Source: Gaiellaceae bacterium (lineage in GTDB: Bacteria > Actinomycetota > Thermoleophilia > Gaiellales > Gaiellaceae). From it: 64,000 nucleotides of DNA. The translations under genes and the position numbers were made by a program. Location of the stretch: positions 4,252 to 68,251 of the forward strand of contig DATIDD010000077.1 of the NCBI GenBank assembly GCA_035456465.1, given 5' to 3'. Under the pieces are notes generated by a model, which saw nothing but the letters and a program-made list of their open reading frames with translations, searched no databases and had not been told where the DNA came from. This document shows positions 56,073 to 64,000 of this stretch, piece by piece (within the stretch, counting starts at the first letter, position 1; every line of letters starts with the position of its first letter).

Positions 56073-56732
56073 ATGACTGCGGCCACTCACAAACCCCTGC
56101 GGGTTCTCGTCGCCGACGACCACCGGCTCATGCTGGCGGCCGTCCGGAGGGCCCTCGCGCGCTGCGACGACGTGGAGGTCGTGGCGGAGGTCGACGACGC
56201 GACGAAGATCGTCCCGACCGTCGGCGAGGTGCATCCCGACGTCGTCCTGCTCGACATCCGCATGCCGCAGCTCGACGGGCTCACCTGTCTCGAGCGCCTC
56301 AAGCGGCAGCACCCCGACGTCGAGATCGTGATCCTGTCGACCTTCGCGGGCGACGACCATCTCGACGCCGCGCGCGACCGCGGCGCCGCCGGCTACATCG
56401 TCAAGACGGTCGACCCGCTCGAGCTCGGCGCGATGATCGTCGAGGCCGTGCGGTCGGCCGAGTACCGCGTCTTCCGGCCCGAGGCCCCCGAGCCGGAGCC
56501 GGTCGGCGACGAGTACGGGCTCAGCGAGCGCGAGTTGACGATCCTGCGCGCGCTGGCGCGCGGGCTCACGAACAAGGACATCGGCCGCGAGCTCTGGGTG
56601 AGCGAGCAGACCGTGAAGTTCCACCTGCGAAACATCTACCGCAAGCTCGGGATCTCGAGCAGGACGGAGGCGGCGCGCTACGCGATCAGTCGCGGCCTCG
56701 TCGCCGGGGCGCAAGTCGCGGTCGGGGCGTGA
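56073..56732 (+). CDS. NarL/LuxR-family response regulator
   Basis: REC (VLVADDH...VVLLDIRMPQLDG) plus LuxR HTH (LSERELTILRALARGLTNKDIGRELWVSEQTVKFHLRNIYRKLG). Confidence 0.92.
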   Translation: MTAATHKPLRVLVADDHRLMLAAVRRALARCDDVEVVAEVDDATKIVPTVGEVHPDVVLLDIRMPQLDGLTCLERLKRQHPDVEIVILSTFAGDDHLDAARDRGAAGYIVKTVDPLELGAMIVEAVRSAEYRVFRPEAPEPEPVGDEYGLSERELTILRALARGLTNKDIGRELWVSEQTVKFHLRNIYRKLGISSRTEAARYAISRGLVAGAQVAVGA

Positions 56733-57991
56733 CCCGCGGGCCTGCGCTTCCGGCGCCGTTGCCGGCCGACCTCGCCGAGGCGCTTCCGGCGTGGCCGGAC
56801 CTCGATGCGGCCGAGCTCGTGCACCTGCTCGGCGGCGTCGACCGGCTCGCCGCGGTCGCCGAGGGCGGGGGCGCGCTCGTCCGCAGCACGGCCGTGGCGG
56901 GCGCCGCCGCGGCGCGGCTCGCGTTCGAGGGCCGGCTGGAGCCTGCGCGCGGCGAGGAGCTGGTCGCGTGGGCCGTGACGGGAGCCGACGTCTCCCCCGA
57001 CGAGGCGCGCGTCTACGTCTTCCTGCGCACGCTGCTCGACGTCGCCGCGTCGGCGCCTTCGTCGGCGCGCCTGCTCGAAGGGCTGCTCGCCGCGCTCCAC
57101 GCGCTCGGGCCGGCTCAGGCGGTGCGGCTGCAGGCGGACGGGACGGCGCTGTGCCGACCGGCCGGAGGCGAGCTCGGCGTCGACCCTCTCGAGCTGCCGG
57201 TCCCCGGATCGGGCGCGATCCTCCTCGTCCAGCCGGCGCCCGGCGCCGAGGCTTGCTGCCGTGCGTTCGCGGAGGAGACGGCGCGCCTGCTCGGCGCCGT
57301 GCTCCGTACGCGCAGCCGCAGCAGCTCCGCGGACGCGACCAAGCTCGAGGCGGCGCAGCGGCGCCTTCGCCGTCTGGCGCTCGACCTCCACGACGGGCCG
57401 GCGCAGGACGTGGCGGCGCTGGCCGTCGACGCGGCGCTGCTCCAGGCGGAGCTCGCCGACGACCTGACGCCGGAGCGCGTCGCCACGGCGCGCGAGCTCG
57501 CCGCCGAGCTGCGCGACCGTCTCGCCTCGCTCGGGCGCGACATTCGCGACCTCGCCGAGGTGCTCGAGCCCCGTGCCATGCTCCGCGCGCCGCTCCGCGA
57601 CATCCTCCTGCGCGAAGCGGGCGCCTTCGCGCGCCGCACGGGCATCGTCCCCTCGGTCGGGGTCGACGAGGACCTCGGGGTGATGACGGCGTCGCAGCAG
57701 ATCGCGCTCGTGCGCGTCGCCCAGGAGGCGCTGACGAACATCCGCGACCACGCCGGCGCGACGGCCGTGGACGTGAGCGCGCGGGTGACGGCGCAGGGCG
57801 TCTCGCTCGCGGTCGTCGACGACGGCTGCGGCTTCGACGTGGAGCGCGCGGCCGCCAGCGGGCGGATCGGGCTCGCCGGGATGGAGGAGCGCGTCCGCCT
57901 GCTCGGCGGGAGGCTCGCCGTCGACAGTCGCCCCGGGGCCGGCACGCGGGTGGAGGCGACGATCCCGCGCTGGCGCCCGTCGCCCTCGTAG
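56729..57991 (+). CDS. Soluble (no TM) HisKA_3-type sensor histidine kinase with uncharacterised N-terminal domain
   Basis: H-box RRLALDLHDGPAQDV. HATPase_c (EALTNIRDHAGA, VVDDGCGFD, GLAGMEERVRLLGG). No hydrophobic segments. GTGA overlap with the upstream RR. Confidence 0.85.
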   Translation: MTRGPALPAPLPADLAEALPAWPDLDAAELVHLLGGVDRLAAVAEGGGALVRSTAVAGAAAARLAFEGRLEPARGEELVAWAVTGADVSPDEARVYVFLRTLLDVAASAPSSARLLEGLLAALHALGPAQAVRLQADGTALCRPAGGELGVDPLELPVPGSGAILLVQPAPGAEACCRAFAEETARLLGAVLRTRSRSSSADATKLEAAQRRLRRLALDLHDGPAQDVAALAVDAALLQAELADDLTPERVATARELAAELRDRLASLGRDIRDLAEVLEPRAMLRAPLRDILLREAGAFARRTGIVPSVGVDEDLGVMTASQQIALVRVAQEALTNIRDHAGATAVDVSARVTAQGVSLAVVDDGCGFDVERAAASGRIGLAGMEERVRLLGGRLAVDSRPGAGTRVEATIPRWRPSPS

Positions 57992-58202
57992 CGGCCCACC
58001 CTCCGGGTGGGTGACGACCACCCGTCCGGCCGACGCGTTCCCCGCTTCGGGACGCGATGCTCCGGCTGGATGGCAGGTTGGCGCGAAGGTGCGGTCGAGA
58101 TGCGGAGGCCCGGGTGGGCAGCGCTGCTGCTCATGTGGGCCGTAGAGGCGCTGCGGCGCCGGCGCCAGCCCGTCCGCACGGGTCCCGAGGGGGAGCGGCG
58201 GC

Positions 58203-58850
58203 GTGGCGGCCTCGGTCGGTAACGGGACGCCCCTTCGGGTCGTCGTCTGCGACGACCACGCGCTGATCCGTTCCGCCCTGTGCCTGCTGCTCACGCCCGA
58301 GGAGGGGCTGGAGGTCGTGGGAGAGGCTGCCAGCGGCCCCGAGGTGCTGCCGCTCGTCGACCGCACCCAGCCGGACGTCGTCGTCCTCGACCTGCACATG
58401 CCGCAGCTCGACGGGTTCCGCTGCCTCGAGCAGCTCGCCGAGAGGCATCCGCGCGTCCGCATCGTCGTGCTGTCGGGGTCGGACGACGAGGCGACGATCG
58501 ACGGCGCGCTGCGGCGCGGCGCGGTCGCCTACGTGCTGAAGTCGATCGACCCGGTCGACCTCCCGGCCGCCGTCCGCCAGGCCGTCGCCGGCTGCGTCTA
58601 CCAGCCCGGCGCGCTCCTCGCGGCGGCGGGCATGTCGCCCTCACGCGCGGCGGGCCTGTCGGAGAAGGAGGTCGGCGTGCTCGCCGAGCTGGCGAAGGGG
58701 CACTCGAACCGGCAGATCGCGCAGACGCTCTGGCTCAGCGAGCAGACCGTCAAGTTCCACCTGCGCAACGTCTACCGGAAGCTCGGCGTCGCGAACCGCA
58801 CCGAGGCGCTCCGCCTCGCGCTCGACCAGCACCTCGTCGACGCCGCCTGA
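58203..58850 (+). CDS. NarL/LuxR-family response regulator (second copy)
   Basis: REC (VVVCDDH...VVVLDLHMPQLDG) plus LuxR HTH (LSEKEVGVLAELAKGHSNRQIAQTLWLSEQTVKFHLRNVYRKLG). Recognition helix is nearly identical to that of the 56073 gene. Confidence 0.9.
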   Translation: MAASVGNGTPLRVVVCDDHALIRSALCLLLTPEEGLEVVGEAASGPEVLPLVDRTQPDVVVLDLHMPQLDGFRCLEQLAERHPRVRIVVLSGSDDEATIDGALRRGAVAYVLKSIDPVDLPAAVRQAVAGCVYQPGALLAAAGMSPSRAAGLSEKEVGVLAELAKGHSNRQIAQTLWLSEQTVKFHLRNVYRKLGVANRTEALRLALDQHLVDAA

Positions 58851-59204
58851 ACCGTCCCGACGGGTGGGTGCGAGCCACCCCGAGGGTGCGTGCCCGGCCG
58901 ATCGATCCGTCGCATGGTGAGCTCGTCACGGATCGCACGCGCGACGCCCGACAACCTCTCCGGTGACTCCGGGGCGACAGGACGCGGCGACCCGAAGCGC
59001 GGCGGGCGTTCGCGCCCGCCGAAGGGGCCCGGCCGGCGGCGCCGGGCCCCGCCCTGCCCGCCGACGAGCCGGACGAGGAGCGCAGCCTATGCGTGAGAGC
59101 GGAGCGAACTACCCCTTCGACGCGGGAGCGAAGCGAGAGCATCGGCGATCGTTGGAGGCGATGGTGGAGCGGCCGAGACGACCGGCGCACGGGGTCGACG
59201 GGTG

Positions 59205-60163
<959 letters not shown>

Positions 60164-60167
<4 letters not shown>

Positions 60168-60586
60168 GCGTCGGCGCGGGCCCGGCGAGGCGCGTGAGGT
60201 CTGCGCCGCAGCGGGTGGCGGGCAGGGACACTCCCGGCAGCCCGGGCCCTCCGGAGCGCCCGTCGGAGGCGTTGCGGCTCGCGCTCGCAGTCGCCGGAGT
60301 GCTCGCGGTCGTCGCCGCAGCGCTGACGTGGGGGCAGGTGGTTGTGCGTCTTCGGGCGCCCGAGCCGGTCGAGACGCACGGGACGCCGGAAGCGATGGTG
60401 TGGTCGGGGCGCGTCTTCCGCAGCGAGGCCGAGCTGGCCGTGTGGCTCCACAAGCAGGGCGTCGACTACGAGCACTGGGCTCGCACGCACCCTGCGGCCG
60501 TCGCGATCCTGCGCGAGCCCGCGCCGTCGCTGGCGGAGGCGTCGCGCCGGACGCGCGCGGCCGACGCGGTCGAGCCGACCAGGTGA
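60164..60586 (+). CDS. Hypothetical single-TM protein coupled to MoxR
   Basis: GTGA overlap with the moxR stop. One TM (ALRLALAVAGVLAVVAAALTW) and a C-terminal region MVWSGRVFRSEAELAVWLHKQGVDYEHWARTHP. I recognise no family. Confidence 0.5.
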
Positions 60587-60636
60587 CGACCTCTCGGGGC
60601 GCTGCCGCGGCGCGCGCTACGAGCGGCGCTGCGTGC

Positions 60637-60948
60637 TCACGGGTTCCGCAGGCCGGCGCGCTCCTGGAGCGCGCGGAACAGCCACAGCGTCGCGAGGAAC
60701 ATGTAGAGCAGCGCCGGGAGCACGACGAAGAGCGTCGCGACCAGTAGCGTGTTCACCCCCGGGATGCGTGCGGCGACCTCGATCCCGGCGGGAACGAGCG
60801 CCGCGATCGTGTACGCCAGCACGACGTGCACGAACGTCCGGCCGAGCCCGTGCGGGCCGCGTTCGGGGAACCGCACGATCGCCCACGTGGCGAGGACGGC
60901 GGCGCCGAGGGCGAAGACGACCGTTGTCGTCGTGGTCGAGAACGTCAT
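60637..60948 (-). CDS. Hypothetical small 3-TM membrane protein (paralog 1, 103 aa)
   Basis: Three hydrophobic helices. Shares W-x3-RFP and LPA-x2-Y-x-FLA-x2-WL motifs with the 62645..62947 product. Confidence 0.6.
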   Translation of the reverse strand: MTFSTTTTTVVFALGAAVLATWAIVRFPERGPHGLGRTFVHVVLAYTIAALVPAGIEVAARIPGVNTLLVATLFVVLPALLYMFLATLWLFRALQERAGLRNP

Positions 60949-61102
60949 CTCGCCTGCTCGAACGCTGCGTGATCGGATCGGCGTACGCGGATCACCCTAC
61001 GGCGAGCTTACCCCCTGGGGCGGCACGGCGTCGGGGCCCATCCGAACGTGATCGGCGTGACGATCGGTCGGATGCGGCGCCGTCGGCCGTGTCGGCGGCG
61101 GA

Positions 61103-62560
61103 TCAGCGCCTGACCGCGACGACGATCCGTCGCCCGCCGAAGAGCTCGTCCGTCTGCTGCGCCAGCTCGGCCGTCACGCGACGCTCGGTCGTCCGGTCGA
61201 GGACGACGATCTCGTGGCGGCGGAGCGTGTCCTCGAGGAACACGGGGCTTGCGCGGAACAGCGCGATCGCCTCGAGCTCGTCCTCCTCGAGGAGCTCGAA
61301 GCGCGCGTCGTAGGCGAGACGACCCGCGAGCAACGGCAGCTTCCACAGCAGCCAATCGGCATACCGCTCGGTCGCGTACACCGTCGCCGAGGGGCGGCGA
61401 TTCGCCGCCGCTGCGACGGCGTCGGCGGCGGCGGGTGGGAACTCGGCCTCGTACCAGGACGCGGGCCGGCTCGCCGTGGCGGCGATCGTGGCTGCGAGGG
61501 CGGCGGCGGCGACGAGTGCGACGGCGGCGTTGACGCGCCTGATCCCGACCGAGGAGCGCAGCTGCCAGCTCCCGGTGACGCCGCGGGGGAGGAACATCAC
61601 GGCGAAGAGCGTGAACCAGACCCAGTTCCGCATGGCGAGCAGCGCGAGGACGAGTAGCGCACCGCCCGCCACCTTCTCGTACGTCGAGTACGCGTCGCGA
61701 TCTCGAGCAAGGATCCAGACGAACCCGAATGCGAGGAGGAAGAGCGGCGCAGAGACCGCCGAGAGCGTCGTCGGCTGCCACTGGGCGAGCTGACCGAAGC
61801 CCGGGTTCAGGATCGTCTGCGCGTAGTAGTCGGGGACGTCGAGCGCGTACGGCGTCGCGAACAGCGCGGCCCACGGAGCGACGACGAGCGTCCAGGAGCG
61901 TGGCTCGCGCCAGCCCAGCGAACGCGCCTCGAGAAGACCGCGCAGCGAGACGAGGGCAGCCGCGACGAGTACGGATCCGTGGAGATTCGCCCAGACCGCG
62001 AGGAGGGCGACGAGCACGAGCGTCCGTCGCCACGTCAGCGGCTTCCGAGAGGTGACGGCGGCCAGCAGCACGACGAACGGCACGTACACGAGCGTCTGCG
62101 TCCGGACGCCGAACGTCGCGATCATGAACGGGAGGAGCGCGACGATCGTCACGAGCCCGACGGCCTCGGGCCGCGCCCCGCGCCTCGTCGCGACGGCCGC
62201 TGCGATCGCGAGGGCGGCGAACGTCAGCGCGACGTGCCCGAAGAGCACGAGCGGCAGCCCGCCGAGCCGTTCGGCGCCGTAGAGCACCACCTGGCCGAGC
62301 CACTGCTGGTCGACCCACGGCCGACCTGCGCCGAGAATCGTGAGCGTGTTCGTCGACGGGAGCCCGTCGCCGACGATCGATCGCCCCGCGACGAGCGCCA
62401 GCCAGCCATCCGTCGAGATCATGCGGTTGATCGCCGCGACCGGCAGGACGGCGCCGGCGAGGACGATCGCGACGACCAGGCCGTTGTCGCCGACCCGCTC
62501 GAGCAACCCGCTCGTCTTCGCCGCACGAGGTTCGGCGATGGTCTTTGCCGCGGCGGTCAC
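61103..62560 (-). CDS. Hypothetical large polytopic membrane protein with C-terminal soluble domain (GT-C-like architecture, family not recognised)
   Basis: About 11-12 hydrophobic segments over the first ~370 aa, then a ~110-aa hydrophilic tail (WYEAEFPPAAADAV...YADWLLW...LEEDELEAIALF). Confidence 0.6.
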   Translation of the reverse strand: MTAAAKTIAEPRAAKTSGLLERVGDNGLVVAIVLAGAVLPVAAINRMISTDGWLALVAGRSIVGDGLPSTNTLTILGAGRPWVDQQWLGQVVLYGAERLGGLPLVLFGHVALTFAALAIAAAVATRRGARPEAVGLVTIVALLPFMIATFGVRTQTLVYVPFVVLLAAVTSRKPLTWRRTLVLVALLAVWANLHGSVLVAAALVSLRGLLEARSLGWREPRSWTLVVAPWAALFATPYALDVPDYYAQTILNPGFGQLAQWQPTTLSAVSAPLFLLAFGFVWILARDRDAYSTYEKVAGGALLVLALLAMRNWVWFTLFAVMFLPRGVTGSWQLRSSVGIRRVNAAVALVAAAALAATIAATASRPASWYEAEFPPAAADAVAAAANRRPSATVYATERYADWLLWKLPLLAGRLAYDARFELLEEDELEAIALFRASPVFLEDTLRRHEIVVLDRTTERRVTAELAQQTDELFGGRRIVVAVRR

Positions 62561-62644
62561 GACTCAGTGATACCGGCCCGTGCCGCCTGCCGCGCCGGCC
62601 AAACGAGTAACGGCACCGCTACCTTCGGCGACTTCGACGCGGGC

Positions 62645-62947
62645 CTACTTCAGGTACGGGGCGATCCCGCGCTTCACGTACGCCAGGAGCCAGATTGCCG
62701 CTAGGAACACGTACGTGCAGGCGGGAAGCGCCACGAGGAACGCTGCGGCGACGGCGCCGAGCGGCTGACCCACGATCATGATCGCGGGCGGCGTCAGCCC
62801 GAACACGGCGAACATGCCGAGGAACCCGAGCGTCACACCGCGAGACCCGACGGGTGCCAAGCGGGGAAACCGCGCGAAGAACCAGGCGGCGAGCAGGGCG
62901 GACGCGACGAGGAGCGCGAGGAGGAACAGCTGCGTCGACGACGACAC
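62645..62947 (-). CDS. Hypothetical small 3-TM membrane protein (paralog 2, 100 aa)
   Basis: See 60637..60948. AAWFFARFPRLAP / ATWAIVRFPERGP and LVALPACTYVFLAAIWLL / FVVLPALLYMFLATLWLF. Confidence 0.6.
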   Translation of the reverse strand: MSSSTQLFLLALLVASALLAAWFFARFPRLAPVGSRGVTLGFLGMFAVFGLTPPAIMIVGQPLGAVAAAFLVALPACTYVFLAAIWLLAYVKRGIAPYLK

Positions 62948-63006
62948 CCGCTCCTCATCGGCAGTCTCGCGCCGCGACTTGAGCGCGGCGCGAGACGACG
63001 CGCCTG

Positions 63007-63921
63007 CTAGCCCAACGAGTTCGACATGGCGTACAGCGCCGGACCGAGGATGATGATGAACAACGCGGGGAGGATCAGGAACACGAGCGGGAAGAGCAGC
63101 TTCGTCGGCGCCTTCTGCGCTCGCTCCTCGGCCATCTGGCGCCGGCGCTTCCGCATGTCGACGGCGAGGTCACGGAGAATCTTGCCGATCGACACGCCGA
63201 GCTTCTCGCCCTGCACGATCGCCTGGACGAACGCCCGCAGCGAGACGCTGGTGCGTGTGCGGTCGAGCATGTTCCGCAGTGCCGCGTCGATCGTGAGGCC
63301 CATGCTCTGCTCGCGGAGCGCGAGCCGAAGCTCCTCACCGAGGGGCCCGCGGGTGCGTCGCGCGCTGATCTGGAGCGCGGCCGCGAAGCCGACGCCAGCC
63401 TCGACCGTCGTCACCAGGAGGTCGACGAGCTCGGGCACCTCGTAGTCGATCTTCTGCGTCCTGGCACGGGCCCGTCGCTTGATCGCGAAGGGCGGGAGGA
63501 TCCACCCGACGACGGCGAGCGCGGCGACGGCGAGCAGCAGCGACGGCCCGACCGACCCCGTGGTCGCGGCGAAGAGGGCGACCGCGGCCGGTGCGGCCAC
63601 GGCCGCGAGGACCCGGTACCCGAGGTATCGCGTCACCGTCGTGCGGTAGAAGCCGGCCGAGTTGAGCAAGGTCCGCAGCTCCCGCTGCCGCTGCGAGCCG
63701 ACGCGATGCTCGACCGCCTCGCCGATGCGAGAGGCGAGGCCCGCGACCATCCGGTTGCGGTCGTGCCGAGCGGGGGCCTCCGTGAGGGCCGCGTCGAACC
63801 CGTAGGCCCCGATCTGGGCCAGCACCTCGCGGTTCCGGATCCGCGAGAACGCGACGGACCGGACGAGCAGCGCGAGAGCGAGGCCGGTCAGCGCGACGCC
63901 TGTGAGGAAGAAGAGGATCAT
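63007..63921 (-). CDS. tadC: Type II secretion system F-family protein (TadC of a second Tad locus)
   Basis: T2SSF domain (EVPELVDLLVTTVEAGVGFAAAL...FVQAIVQGEKLGVSIGKILRDLA...KAPTKLLFPLV). Confidence 0.85.
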   Translation of the reverse strand: MILFFLTGVALTGLALALLVRSVAFSRIRNREVLAQIGAYGFDAALTEAPARHDRNRMVAGLASRIGEAVEHRVGSQRQRELRTLLNSAGFYRTTVTRYLGYRVLAAVAAPAAVALFAATTGSVGPSLLLAVAALAVVGWILPPFAIKRRARARTQKIDYEVPELVDLLVTTVEAGVGFAAALQISARRTRGPLGEELRLALREQSMGLTIDAALRNMLDRTRTSVSLRAFVQAIVQGEKLGVSIGKILRDLAVDMRKRRRQMAEERAQKAPTKLLFPLVFLILPALFIIILGPALYAMSNSLG

Positions 63922-63926
63922 CCGCG

Positions 63927-64000
63927 TTACACCTCGATGTCGACGATTCGCTGGATCATCATGGAGCCGGCGACGACGAGGATGCCGGCGAACACGAGCG
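63927..64000 (-). CDS. C-terminal fragment of a TadB-like T2SSF protein (5' part outside the window)
   Basis: Reverse translation gives ...LVFAGILVVAGSMMIQRIVDIEV*, a typical TadB C-terminal TM helix. Stop is 5 nt before the tadC start. Confidence 0.55.
   Translation of the reverse strand, partial: LVFAGILVVAGSMMIQRIVDIEV

Noticed and set aside
54602-57991. 1129-aa ORF spanning nagZ, the response regulator and the kinase
   Set aside because: Only the terminal 420 codons carry H-box and HATPase motifs. The upstream part overlaps nagZ and the RR in other frames and is Arg/Gly-rich.
58007-58222. 71-aa ORF in the kinase/RR2 intergenic region
   Set aside because: It has no SD, an Arg/Gly/Trp-rich composition and no recognisable fold motif. 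The region is better explained as a 5' UTR/promoter for RR2.

Overview
Very GC-rich chromosomal segment; GC was judged by eye, not computed. Gene content, DasR-type dre boxes and a secretin-less Tad pilus locus point to a monoderm high-GC Actinomycetota-like organism (inference). Genes are densely packed, and many neighbours share ATGA/GTGA stop-start overlaps, which suggests operons. Most very long ORFs in the six-frame track are high-GC artefacts; I kept only reading frames with recognisable protein-family motifs. Content in order:
- NarL-type two-component pair.
- MarP-like membrane serine protease.
- YitJ-type homocysteine methyltransferase/MTHFR fusion behind a long structured leader.
- A few housekeeping enzymes.
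- ABC-2 exporter with one ATPase and four permeases (two paralogous pairs).
- LivJHMGF branched-chain amino-acid importer plus a class-V aminotransferase.
- ~1060-aa DUF2339 membrane protein with an AT-rich palindromic promoter and a small XRE regulator.
- 2-hydroxyacid dehydrogenase translationally coupled to an ankyrin-repeat protein.
- MarR-controlled DrrAB-like exporter.
- Flp/Tad pilus operon lacking a prepilin peptidase in-window: flp, tadE, tadG-like, cpaB, tadZ, tadA, a VWA-TadB fusion, tadC, and a terminal 486-aa coiled-coil protein. A LAS/M15-like peptidase and a DUF192 gene lie divergently next to it.
- tdk.
- MoxR-DUF58-VWA-DUF1206-cNMP-binding operon.
- DasR/NagR-type GlcNAc/MurNAc utilisation regulon with two clear dre operators.
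- LuxR-RR / soluble kinase / LuxR-RR / MoxR cluster.
- Tail of a second Tad locus, followed by two paralogous ~100-aa membrane proteins that bracket a large polytopic membrane protein.
I saw no rRNA, tRNA, CRISPR array, transposase or integrase. The most interesting candidates for undescribed biology:
- the Tad accessory genes (VWA-TadB fusion, coiled-coil terminal gene, divergent LAS peptidase/DUF192);
- the paralog-bracketed membrane protein downstream of the second Tad locus;
- the four-permease ABC-2 system;
- the RR-HK-RR-MoxR cluster with its repeated GGGTGG-N7-CCACCC motif.
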